Source: an uncultured Acidobacteriota bacterium
Lineage (GTDB): Bacteria > Acidobacteriota > JAQAZP01
Assembly: GCA_963836075.1 (NCBI GenBank)
Contig: CAWIIB010000009.1
Coordinates: 1,856,001-1,920,000 of the forward strand
Length of the DNA stretch: 64,000 nucleotides
Direction: 5' to 3'
This document shows, one piece after another, positions 29,265 to 38,619 of this stretch. Under the pieces are notes generated by a model that was not told where the DNA came from, ran no database searches, and saw nothing but the letters and a program-made list of their open reading frames with translations. A program made the position numbers and the translations under genes. Position 1 is the first letter of the stretch, and every line of letters begins with the position of its first letter.

Positions 29265-29331
29265 GTCGCACCTCCCGAGCGCTCGTCCGTTTCCGCTCCT
29301 GGCCTTACCTCCTCGTGCGCTGGCGGTGCTC

Positions 29332-29703
29332 TCAAGTGCGCGTGAACGGGAGAACGCTGTAGTCCCAGCAGTTCTTGGCCAACAGGGCTTCTGTTCCGTC
29401 GAATTCCTTGTCGCACAGCCAAGGGCTTCCCTTGGAATCCATGACCACCTTCATGGGACGCGCTGCCCGGTGCCCGCCTTCGCATCCGTTACACGGGATC
29501 TCCACATAGGAGCAGGGGTCCCGAAAGCTGAACACCAAGTCTTCTTCGTCGACCAGTTCCTTGATGATCTCGTTGACCTCATTCGCGGACAGCCCGCTCT
29601 CTTTCGCGAGCTGTTGCGTGAGCTCGATTGGGCGCATGCGCTGGTTGCGAGCCGACCCGACCAACTCCATGATCCGCTCTCTGTGCATTCTGTGTTCGTT
29701 CAT
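29332..29703 (-). CDS. winged-helix-like domain + C-terminal ARP...GxxWxC micro-domain
   Basis: GGGAGG RBS; paralog of 35349-35714. Confidence 0.8.
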   Translation of the reverse strand: MNEHRMHRERIMELVGSARNQRMRPIELTQQLAKESGLSANEVNEIIKELVDEEDLVFSFRDPCSYVEIPCNGCEGGHRAARPMKVVMDSKGSPWLCDKEFDGTEALLAKNCWDYSVLPFTRT

Positions 29704-29770
29704 GACTAACCTCCCTGTTGCTGACCCACCGCCGACGACACTGTCGGCCATTCTTTCCTCCCTATCTCAT

Positions 29771-29786
29771 TGCATACTTCGTGCCG
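29771..29786 (-). promoter_or_regulatory. sigma54 promoter
   Basis: CGGCACGAAGTATGCA (GG-N10-GC); UAS pair at 29874/29906. Confidence 0.7.
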
Positions 29787-30030
29787 CGGCAGCTCGATCG
29801 CCATAAGCAGCTCGTCCTGCTGAGATTCCACACTGTTGCCGGCAGCAAGCCCGGTTGCGGGGAGTGTTCGGGAGTAGCGTGGCGGCAGCGCTAGAACTTG
29901 GCACGGTAGCGTGTTCGCTACTCTGTGTTGCTGCCAGGCGGGTGCAGTCATCCACCGAGTTTTCATCGGCGTGGACAGCAGAGATCAGTATCAGAGGATC
30001 GATAAGTCATATCTGCATCAAAGGGGAAGC

Positions 30031-30891
30031 TTAACAACTGCCGTCCTGCCGCAGTATCACGGCCTTGCCCTTGGGACAACCGATATGATTTCCCACGAGA
30101 TCGCACTTGACAAGCAGCAAGTAAAAAACCTCTCGATCCGCCGTGCCGCTGAGAGACTCGAAATTCCCCATACCCTTTGCGATGACGAGGTCGGCCGAAC
30201 GGAAGGCGGTCCTGAATGTCTCGACGCAATCCTCCAACAGGATACCGGGTGCGTCCGAGCCGTTGTCGATAATCGTGGCAAGCTCGTGCAAGCCGGCTAT
30301 CCGAGCATCCTCGTCTGTGGCATCGTTGAGGACTGGGCCACCCCGCACCACGAAGGTCACCTCCTTTTCCGGTTCGAATTGCTCGATCAGGATGCGATCC
30401 ATGACGGTTTCGCCCGCATTGTCGCCAATGTATAAAATTGTATGCGCCTGAGATACCGCCTGTTTAAGCTCTTCAATGCAATCCACAGCTGGCTGTTCCG
30501 CCGTCACGCGCTCGATTGTTTCCATCAAGGAAAAGTCGTCGGCTGCCCCAAAATCGATGACATTCCCCGCGATAGAGATCAAGACAGCTGCGCGAAAGGA
30601 ATCCTTTGCCTCGAGCACGCTCTCTTTCAATCCTGGATAAAGTTCCAGGGCGCGCTTGTTATAGAGGCTTTTCATTTCCTTGTAGGGATCGGGATTGCCT
30701 GAGATCTGGCGAATCGCGCGATGGACTTTTTGCCCGAAGTAGGGGGGCGGCAACTCCATATCCTTTTCATCGAATGCTTTTCGCCCCCCTTCGACGATGG
30801 CTTTCCGGAGCTTCGGATCGTCGGTCAACCTTTTCGAAAGGGATTTCAGTCGCTTTTCGATGCATGGAATGCACTCGAGGTAAGTCCTCAT
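30031..30891 (-). CDS. DUF89/ARMT1-like damage-control phosphatase
   Basis: ECIPC, DPYK, AGNVIDFG, DNAGE, LNDAT, KGMGNFE. Confidence 0.9.
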   Translation of the reverse strand: MRTYLECIPCIEKRLKSLSKRLTDDPKLRKAIVEGGRKAFDEKDMELPPPYFGQKVHRAIRQISGNPDPYKEMKSLYNKRALELYPGLKESVLEAKDSFRAAVLISIAGNVIDFGAADDFSLMETIERVTAEQPAVDCIEELKQAVSQAHTILYIGDNAGETVMDRILIEQFEPEKEVTFVVRGGPVLNDATDEDARIAGLHELATIIDNGSDAPGILLEDCVETFRTAFRSADLVIAKGMGNFESLSGTADREVFYLLLVKCDLVGNHIGCPKGKAVILRQDGSC

Positions 30892-31032
30892 CGGGTATCT
30901 CCAGTTAACCTGATCTGCACCTTGGTGCCTTTTATTTGTCAAAACGCCATCTCGTACAAGCCCGATCATAATTTGACCACTATTGAATGCCGCTTTCCAC
31001 GGAAAGATCGGCACCCATTGAGAGCTGGTTGA

Positions 31033-32203
31033 TTAGCTTAAGTACGCCTCCATACGATCAAAGGCCCTGTTTATCATCTTCTCAGGTACGCAAAACGACA
31101 TTCGCAAATGCCCCTCGCCCGACGGCCCAAAATCGACTCCGGGCGTCGTGGACACCTTTGCTTCTCTGAGGAGTTTCTTGCAGAAGGATTCCGAGTCGGT
31201 TCCTTCCTTCAGTAGTATTTTGGGAAACATGAGATAGGAACCGCCAGGCTTTTGGTATTCAAATACATGACTGAGTTTATCGAGACGTGAACACATCAAA
31301 TCCCTGGCCGACTCGTATTTCCTCTGAAACTCTTCGATACAATCCTGCGGCCCTTTCAATGCGGCCAGCGCCGCGTATTGGGAGGCCACCGGGGCGCAGA
31401 TCGCAAAGGGGATATGGGCCTTTGCGATCTGGGGAATTAGATCCTTATCGGCATGCAGGTAGCCGATTCTCCATCCGGTCATGGCATATGTCTTTGTGAA
31501 AGTGTAGCAACTGATCGCGTTTCCTTTCATTTCCGAAATCGACGCAATGGAGAAATGCTTGTTGCCATCGAAGGTGAAGTACTCATAAGCTTCATCGGTG
31601 ATGACCACCAAGTTGTGCTTCAATGCGATTTCAGCAATATGGCGAAGCTGCCGCTCGGAAAAAACGGTGCCGGTCGGGTTGTTCGGGCTGCAGGTACAGA
31701 ATCGCCCTGGTCCTGGATGTTATGGCTTTTTCCATAGCATTGACATCGATAGCAAAGCCGTCCTCCTCGATCAGCGGAACAAAAACCGGCCTCCCTGATG
31801 CCAGAATAACTTGATTGACATGTGTGGAATAAGTGGGCGAAGGGAGAATGACCTCATCTTCCGGGTCGATGACGGCCATTACCGCTGCCGCCAGCCCTTC
31901 GATGGCTCCCACGGTGACGATGATTTCCGAGGGATTGGTAGTGATGTTGTTATCCCTTTCCAGCTTTTTAGCGATTTCGTTTCGCAACGGCACGAGTCCC
32001 GAACTCTCGGTGTAGCCATCCGTCAGCCCTTCTTTAATCGCCTTGATCGCCGCATCCCGGATATGCGGCGGCGCGTTTGAGGTCGGTTTGGCCCACGACA
32101 GAAACGAGACATCCTCTATCTCCTTTGATAAACGCGTCATCTCATGGATGGCTGATTTTGGTATTTGCGCCACTCTTTTCGACACCAGTGTTGTATTGCT
32201 CAT
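31033..32203 (-). CDS. class I/II PLP aminotransferase (frameshift ~31693)
   Basis: Removing one base gives YCSPNNPTG...DEAYEYF...TFTKTYAMTGWRIG. Confidence 0.85.
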
Positions 32204-32240
32204 GAATGAATCCTCGACGATCTGTTTGGGATATACCATT

Positions 32241-33209
32241 TCATATGATCCTCCTGTTCTCGTTGTCACACCCACCAGCCTGCTTCAGCAGGTTCCGGAT
32301 ATCGCCCACTTTCTCCTTCATGCCGAGATACCCTTCCTCCATGGAGTGCTCCACCTGGTCGAAATCCATGGTCTTCAATGCGCCGAGGCGGGGTTGGATC
32401 AGGACGTCGGGAGGCTCCACCGCCAAATTGATCCGCGTGATCCGCTCCTGCATGATCCCCACCGAGGTCATTACCGTCTCCACGATATCGGGGGTACCAG
32501 CATCGTTGTTCAGTTTTTCTCCGAAAGTCTTCCGGACTCTCATTCCCGCGTTCTCGTAAAACGCCGCCACCTTGCTCAGCCACTCCCTCTGGTGCCCGCC
32601 CCGGTCATTAACCGAGGCTCCAATCCGTGGCCGTTCGCGGTGCTGCTTACGCCTGGAGAGAATTCCGCTGTTCAAGTCCACTGCCACCACCAGGTCCGCT
32701 TCGGCGGCCCGGGCCACCCCCACCGGAACCGGGTCCACCAAACCGCCATCCACCAGCCAGCGGTTCTTCACCCGAGCCGGCGCGAAAAGCCCCGGAAAGG
32801 ACATGGTGGCCCGAAGCGCCTCGAGCAGGTTGCCCGATTTGAGCACCACCTTGTCGCCTAATTCGAGGTCCGTGGCCACCACCGAAAGCGGGATAGCCAG
32901 TTCGGCAAAGTCTTTCACTGCCGTGTGCATGGAAAAGAGTTCATGCAGTTTCCTGGTTCCATCCAGCAGCCCTGACCGCGGAATGACAAAATCAAAATAG
33001 GAGAAGACCTTTTTGCCGTCCATGCGTAGAACGAAATCCTTGAGCTGCTGCAGACAACCACAGGCATGAAGGGCCCCCACATAGGCCCCGATGCTGCAGC
33101 CGGCAATGAGGTCAATGGGGATCCCGGCCTCATCCAGGGCTTCGATGACCCCGATGTGCGCCCATCCGCGGGACGAACCACTGCCCAAAACCAGCCCGAC
33201 CTTTTTCAT
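32241..33209 (-). CDS. patatin-like phospholipase (RssA-like)
   Basis: LGSGSSRGWAH, GCSIG, DGG. Confidence 0.9.
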   Translation of the reverse strand: MKKVGLVLGSGSSRGWAHIGVIEALDEAGIPIDLIAGCSIGAYVGALHACGCLQQLKDFVLRMDGKKVFSYFDFVIPRSGLLDGTRKLHELFSMHTAVKDFAELAIPLSVVATDLELGDKVVLKSGNLLEALRATMSFPGLFAPARVKNRWLVDGGLVDPVPVGVARAAEADLVVAVDLNSGILSRRKQHRERPRIGASVNDRGGHQREWLSKVAAFYENAGMRVRKTFGEKLNNDAGTPDIVETVMTSVGIMQERITRINLAVEPPDVLIQPRLGALKTMDFDQVEHSMEEGYLGMKEKVGDIRNLLKQAGGCDNENRRII

Positions 33210-33229
33210 CGTCTCCTCCTTAGGACGGA

Positions 33230-33664
33230 TCACTCCGGATAGTCCATGAATCTGCCGGTGGCGGTGGCCAGGACCTTGCCGTCCTGGCTCAGATCAGCGG
33301 CGAGCATGTGCAACGAGCCGCGGGTTTTTTCCCACCAACCCCGGACCGTGACGGGCCGGCCGGTCAACACCGGTTTCAGGAACCGGACCTCGAACCGGGC
33401 GGTAAGACCGGGGGTGCCGCGGGCCATCAAGCAGTTTGTCATGGCGCCATCCAACAGGGCGCTGGTAACACCGCCGTGCAGGAACCCCGGGTACCCCATG
33501 AATTCCTCGTGGCAGGGGAATACCCCGGTGACGACGCCGTCGGCACCAGCCTCGAACCGCACAGCGAGGCCGTGGTCGTGCAGCGGAGCATAGACCCAGC
33601 AATCGGGATGGCGCCTGGCGCGCGTGGCGGCATATTCGCCGGTAGTGTCAATGGTCGCAGGCAT
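33230..33664 (-). CDS. PaaI-family hot-dog thioesterase
   Basis: GYPGFLHGGVTSALLD, VRFLKPV. Confidence 0.85.
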   Translation of the reverse strand: MPATIDTTGEYAATRARRHPDCWVYAPLHDHGLAVRFEAGADGVVTGVFPCHEEFMGYPGFLHGGVTSALLDGAMTNCLMARGTPGLTARFEVRFLKPVLTGRPVTVRGWWEKTRGSLHMLAADLSQDGKVLATATGRFMDYPE

Positions 33665-33740
33665 TGGCCTCCGCTCGATGCTTCGTGAACCACTCGTCAT
33701 ACTCGTCCGCAAACATTTCGAAGGGTTCGATGTTCGCCAT
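33648..33740 (-). pseudogene. N-terminal remnant of class I SAM methyltransferase
   Basis: MANIEPFEMFADEYDEWFTKH then early stop. Confidence 0.55.
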
Positions 33741-33767
33741 GATCTCTTTCACCGGAGAGGATCGAAG

Positions 33768-34727
33768 CTACGTCTTCGGTGCTCTTTTCGGTAAAGACAG
33801 CTTTCTCAAGTAGAACTTCCGGCCATTGTACTCCGTGACAACAAGCTCCCCTTCTCTCACCAACTTCTCAACGATGCTGTCGTTGCTCTCAGCCTTCTTC
33901 AGATATGCTTCTACGGCATCCGCTCTCATTGGATGTACGGAGGTGATGCTCAGAATGTCTTCTTCGGCGTTGCCCGTGTAAGCAAATTGGTTTCCCTCAT
34001 ATCCGATGAGGTACTCCACCGTCAGTTCATTCTCGACAAAGATCTGGTAGGCCTGATTCAACGCCGATTCCTCGGGTGGTTCTACCCAGTCCTCCGCGGG
34101 AGGCCTCGTCGGAACACTCAGGTACGAAGTGGCTGCTCCCAGGTATTGAATGAATCTGGCAACCCCACGAACCTGCTCCGGGGTGTCATTGAGCCCCTTC
34201 ACCAGCATCGTTTCCGTCACCAGTCGTCCATCGAATTTCCTGGCGAAGAGATCCATGCCTTTGAGCATTGAATCCAGATGCAGTTTCCGGTGCGGTCGAT
34301 CGATCTTTCTCCACACCTTCTCGTCGACGGCATCAACCTTGATCGAAACCCAATCGGCCTTGGCAAGATCGTTCCGCACTGCGGGCTGGTCGATCAGGGT
34401 TGCATTTGTGATCACCGCCAACTTGGTCTTCCAGGGTTTGAGTAGATCCAGCAACACACCGAGGTTCTCGTCCAGGGTCGGTTCTCCGTCGGGTACCAGG
34501 GTCAGGTAATCGATGGGCTCGCCATGCTCGCGGGCACGCTGGAGATGCTCTTCGATTTCGCGATAGAGCTCGTTCGGCGAGTAGAATTCCTGTCTGTCGA
34601 CGGTCATTTTCAGTGAGCGCCCAAGCTGACAATAAACGCAGGAATAGGTGCAGATCTTGGGCGGGATGTTGTTGATCCCGACACTTCGTCCCAATCGCCG
34701 GGAAGGAACCGGACCGAAAACACGCAT
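33768..34727 (-). CDS. radical SAM protein (TYW1-like family)
   Basis: FGPVPSRRLGRS, CTYSCVYC, DGEPTL. Confidence 0.9.
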   Translation of the reverse strand: MRVFGPVPSRRLGRSVGINNIPPKICTYSCVYCQLGRSLKMTVDRQEFYSPNELYREIEEHLQRAREHGEPIDYLTLVPDGEPTLDENLGVLLDLLKPWKTKLAVITNATLIDQPAVRNDLAKADWVSIKVDAVDEKVWRKIDRPHRKLHLDSMLKGMDLFARKFDGRLVTETMLVKGLNDTPEQVRGVARFIQYLGAATSYLSVPTRPPAEDWVEPPEESALNQAYQIFVENELTVEYLIGYEGNQFAYTGNAEEDILSITSVHPMRADAVEAYLKKAESNDSIVEKLVREGELVVTEYNGRKFYLRKLSLPKRAPKT

Positions 34728-34897
34728 GGTTTCTCCCTTGTTCAATCGTATGCATTGTGAACTGCGGCCAAAGAATGCGTCGGCCAAATCCACTCCTGCC
34801 ATTCCGAAGCGTTCCAGGTGCCCGGTTGTTGATGGATCAGGAAGTACAACCCGGGGATTGGATGCGCACCCACCACCACATTCGGATCACTTGAATC

Positions 34898-34913
34898 AGC
34901 AAAGCCTGTGCCA
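34898..34913 (-). promoter_or_regulatory. sigma54 promoter
   Basis: TGGCACAGGCTTTGCT, identical to 27716-27731. Confidence 0.85.
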
Positions 34914-35217
34914 TGATGAGTGAGCGAATGTAAATGATTGAATAAAGAAACTTATGATGATCAATGGAATCATCTGGACCACAGTACGGTGAGGATCATT
35001 GGACGGAGAGTAGCAAAAGCGCAACTTCAAACTAAGAGAGCGTCGCATAACAGCTACGGTTCAATCGATTATTTGCTGACGCCCTCACACCAAAGAAGCG
35101 CGAGTGCAACGATATTCAATAAAACGTCCGAGATTTTTTTCATCGAATAGAGGGGCACCAATACAACCTTTGTTTTATCAGGTGGTTGGCAGAAAAAGTA
35201 TACTTCCGCTCGTCATC

Positions 35218-35233
35218 TGGTACGGCCTTTGCG
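35218..35233 (+). promoter_or_regulatory. sigma54 promoter
   Basis: TGGTACGGCCTTTGCG. Confidence 0.75.
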
Positions 35234-35348
35234 TTAGTGAATGATCGTCAGGGGAATATCAACCCCGGGTCGAACGCAATACCAGTATTTCCTCCTGCCT
35301 TCACTTTTGGACAACCATGGCGGGGCAGGAGTCGAGAAAGGAAGAAAG

Positions 35349-35714
35349 ATGAATCAAAGGGATCAACTCGCAGGAGAGATCATGGTGATGATCAGCAGTG
35401 CAAGAGAACAGCGATTGAGACCACACGAGATACAGAAGGCGCTCTCAACGAAATTCTCTGTTCCCTTGTCCATGGTGAATGATGTTCTAAAGGAACTCGT
35501 GGCAAGAGAGAAGCTGGTCTTCACCTATCGCGACCCGTGCAATTACGTGGAAATTCCCTGCACTGAAGTCAACACAGGCGCCCGCCCCCTGAAAGTGATC
35601 GTTGACGTCGAAGGTGAACCGTGGATCTGTGATACCGACGTGGATCCGTCAAAGGAACTGGCCGATCAGGGTTGCTGGCGCTGTGGAGATCTGAGCTTCA
35701 CGAGAAACGACTAG
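35349..35714 (+). CDS. winged-helix-like domain + C-terminal ARP...GxxWxC micro-domain
   Basis: Paralog of 29332-29703 (KELV..E.LVF..RDPC.YVEIPC); C-term matches 40997-41194. Confidence 0.8.
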   Translation: MNQRDQLAGEIMVMISSAREQRLRPHEIQKALSTKFSVPLSMVNDVLKELVAREKLVFTYRDPCNYVEIPCTEVNTGARPLKVIVDVEGEPWICDTDVDPSKELADQGCWRCGDLSFTRND

Positions 35715-35840
35715 CCAACAAATCTCATCGGGCCGAAAACATCTGAATACTGATGGTGTGAGACAGTTTGTTACGAGGGTCACTTTCCCGGAAAGGTTGT
35801 TTTCGGAATCACTGTTGAGCATTGATCTTAAGGTGTCGCA

Positions 35841-37526
35841 ATGGAAACAGCAGGCTCTTCCAAGGGTTGTGAGCTTGTGCTCTCTGGGCGGATCATCGCT
35901 CCTGGTATCGCGTTTGGTTACGCACATTTCGATGAAGTTCTACCGTCAGTCTCCTCCGCAGGCATCGGTCCGACTGAGGTAGATACGGAAATAGACCGGT
36001 TGAAGAGCGCCGTTTCGATCGCCCACCGAAACCTTGAAGTCCACATCCGTGAACTACACGACCCGTCAGAGGAGGATTTCCAGCAGATCCTCTCGTCGCA
36101 TCTCCTCATGCTGGATGACAGGGAATTCCTCTCCTCGGTTGTCAACCGCATCAAGTGTGACCTTGTGCCGGCAGAATTTGCAGTGCAGGAGGCGTTCAGC
36201 GTGGCGGCGGTTCGGCTGGGAGCCAGCAGGGACAGTTACCTCCGTGCTCGCGCAGAGGACATTCGCGATATCTGCCAGGTCATCCAGAGAACGCTCATGC
36301 TTGGGGAAAAGGCCTTCCAGACAAGCGCTCAGGATCGAACCGCGGCCATATGGATTGCTCCCCGCATTCATCCTTCCGTTGTTTTTCGCGCCAGGAGCTC
36401 TGGTGTCGCTGCGCTGATCACGTCCAGCACTGCCTACTCCTCTCACGGCGCCATTCTCCTGCGATCAGTCGGCGTTCCATCGCTGGGCAGCATCTCGTTT
36501 CCCGACGGTATCGTGAATGAAGGAACCCCGATTCTCGTCGATGCTGTCCATGGCAAAGTCCACCTTCGACCTGCTGCGGAAACGATAAAATCCACGATGA
36601 CCCTTGCAGCGGGGTTGGAGCAGTTAAACTCGAGCGAGTCGCTTTCCCCGCTTGATGCGCTCACGGCTGACGGACGGGCCATCAGACTCAGGGCCAATAT
36701 CGAGCACCCCTCCCAGACATCGCTCTGCTTTCATTACAGACTCAACGGTATCGGACTTTTTCGGACCGAGTTCATGGTACTGGCCAACGGCCGGATTCCG
36801 GATGAGGAAGAGCAATACCGAGCATACCGGGAACTGGTAGACCGTATGGGGGGGAAACCGATTGTCATCCGCACGTTTGATATTGGCGGCGATAAGGTTA
36901 CCGCCGACCTTCACCAGTGTTCGGGCTCGAATCCGGCCCTCGGTGTTCGCGGCCTTCGCCGACATCTTCTGCGAACTCCGCATGAACTCCACACCCAGAT
37001 GAGGGCGATTCTCCGCGCTGCCAGGGATGCTGACGTAGCGATCCTTTTTCCGATGGTCACCCATGCCGGCGATCTTGCCACCGCTAGGGGAATCCTGGAA
37101 AAGGTAAAGGCGGAACTCGAGCAGGAACGCTTTCCCTTCAACAATAACATCAGAATGGGCGCCATGATCGAAGTGCCCTCCGCTGCATTGGAACTGGGGG
37201 AAATCCTCGAACTTGCAGACTTCGTGAGCATCGGCACCAACGATCTCCTGCAGTATTTAACTGCAACGGACCGTGACAACCCCGAAGTGGAGGAGTACCA
37301 GAGCCTCACCACTTCAGGACTTCGCCCGCTGGTGAACCTGATGATGGATCAGGCACGGTCCATGGGGCGGGAACAGGATGTATCTGTTTGCGGCGAGATG
37401 GCCTCCGATCCAGAGGGCGCCAAATTTCTCGTGGAACTCGGAATTGAATCACTGAGCATCTCTCCAGGCGCGGCGCCGGCGGTGAGGAATGCCATCGGGA
37501 CGATCAATCCATTCATTGATATCTGA
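35841..37526 (+). CDS. PEP-protein phosphotransferase (PTS Enzyme I-like)
   Basis: SSHGAI phospho-His site, GLFRTEF, RTFDIGGDK, NPALGVRG, IGTNDL, CGE. Confidence 0.9.
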   Translation: METAGSSKGCELVLSGRIIAPGIAFGYAHFDEVLPSVSSAGIGPTEVDTEIDRLKSAVSIAHRNLEVHIRELHDPSEEDFQQILSSHLLMLDDREFLSSVVNRIKCDLVPAEFAVQEAFSVAAVRLGASRDSYLRARAEDIRDICQVIQRTLMLGEKAFQTSAQDRTAAIWIAPRIHPSVVFRARSSGVAALITSSTAYSSHGAILLRSVGVPSLGSISFPDGIVNEGTPILVDAVHGKVHLRPAAETIKSTMTLAAGLEQLNSSESLSPLDALTADGRAIRLRANIEHPSQTSLCFHYRLNGIGLFRTEFMVLANGRIPDEEEQYRAYRELVDRMGGKPIVIRTFDIGGDKVTADLHQCSGSNPALGVRGLRRHLLRTPHELHTQMRAILRAARDADVAILFPMVTHAGDLATARGILEKVKAELEQERFPFNNNIRMGAMIEVPSAALELGEILELADFVSIGTNDLLQYLTATDRDNPEVEEYQSLTTSGLRPLVNLMMDQARSMGREQDVSVCGEMASDPEGAKFLVELGIESLSISPGAAPAVRNAIGTINPFIDI

Positions 37527-37542
37527 GAACTGCGGTGACGAG

Positions 37543-38568
37543 ATGGTTGTTTGGAATGTCTTCAAGGAAGCGTTGACAATCACGGCCTTTGTTGCGGTGA
37601 TCATGATCGCCATCGAATACGTCAATATACGGACCCGCGGTCTGGTCATGCAGGCACTGGGTGATTCACTTCCGCGGCAATACTTACTGGCTGCAGCGCT
37701 TGGAGCAACGCCCGGCTGCCTGGGTGCTTTTGTCCTCGTTGCGCTCTTCACCCATCGGCGACTTTCGCCCGGTGCGCTTGCGGCAGGCATGATTGCCACC
37801 AGCGGCGACGAGATGTTTGTGATGCTCGCACTAATGCCGAAGACGGCACTCCTCATGACCGCCGGTCTGATGATCCTGGGAGTTGCTGCCGGGTGGATCT
37901 CTGACCGAATCTTGCGGTTGAAACCGACGTCGGCCTGCAATGGATGTGCAAGCTTTGCCGTTCACGAGGAGGAACACTGTCGCTGCTTTCCCAGAGGCCA
38001 GGTAAGAGAGTTATGGAATCCACCCAGTCCACATCGGGCGATCCTTGCCGTGGTGGTCGCCGTCATTCTTCTGTCCATCATGGCGGGAAAGATCGGCCCC
38101 CTGGGCTGGGACTGGAAACGCGTTACGCTGCTTTGTCTTACAGGATCTGTAGAATTTATCATTTGGACCGTTCCGGATCACTTTCTCGATGAGCACCTGT
38201 GGAATCATGTTTCACGAAAGCACGTACCTCAACTCTTCCTCTGGACGTTGGGGGCGATGGCCACCATCAGTCTTTTCGATTCATTTTTTGATCTGAGGTC
38301 GATGCTGGCGGATAACAGCTGGCTGGTCCTTTTGGCCGCGGCCATTGTCGGCATCATTCCCGAATCCGGACCCCACCTGCTGTTTGTCAATCTTTTTGTC
38401 CAGGGCATTGTTCCGTTCAGCGTGCTCGTGGCGAGTTCGGTTGTTCAGGACGGACACGGAATGCTTCCGCTGCTGGCCCATTCCCGAGGTGATTTTCTGC
38501 GAATCAAGGCAGTGAACCTGGTGTTCGGGCTGGGGGCGGGTGCCCTGCTCATGGCGGCAGGTTTCTGA
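37543..38568 (+). CDS. putative metal (Mn) permease, ArsP_2-like
   Basis: LGATPGCLG, IATSGDE, IPESGPH, QDGHGMLP; Cys/His-rich loop. Confidence 0.8.
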   Translation: MVVWNVFKEALTITAFVAVIMIAIEYVNIRTRGLVMQALGDSLPRQYLLAAALGATPGCLGAFVLVALFTHRRLSPGALAAGMIATSGDEMFVMLALMPKTALLMTAGLMILGVAAGWISDRILRLKPTSACNGCASFAVHEEEHCRCFPRGQVRELWNPPSPHRAILAVVVAVILLSIMAGKIGPLGWDWKRVTLLCLTGSVEFIIWTVPDHFLDEHLWNHVSRKHVPQLFLWTLGAMATISLFDSFFDLRSMLADNSWLVLLAAAIVGIIPESGPHLLFVNLFVQGIVPFSVLVASSVVQDGHGMLPLLAHSRGDFLRIKAVNLVFGLGAGALLMAAGF

Positions 38569-38619
38569 CGCTGGCCGCTCAAGTCCATTGCCGGCAAGTT
38601 TAATCGTGAGGAGAGGATC

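Noticed and set aside
29899-29916. TTGGCACG on + strand as a sigma54 promoter
   Set aside because: No GC at the -12 position and no downstream + strand gene
3975-31700. Frameshifts at ~3980, ~10430, ~22175, ~23020-23075 and ~31693 as programmed frameshifting or phase variation
   Set aside because: Isolated 1-nt indels in otherwise intact genes, some in homopolymers; sequencing error is simpler and this cannot be resolved without reads
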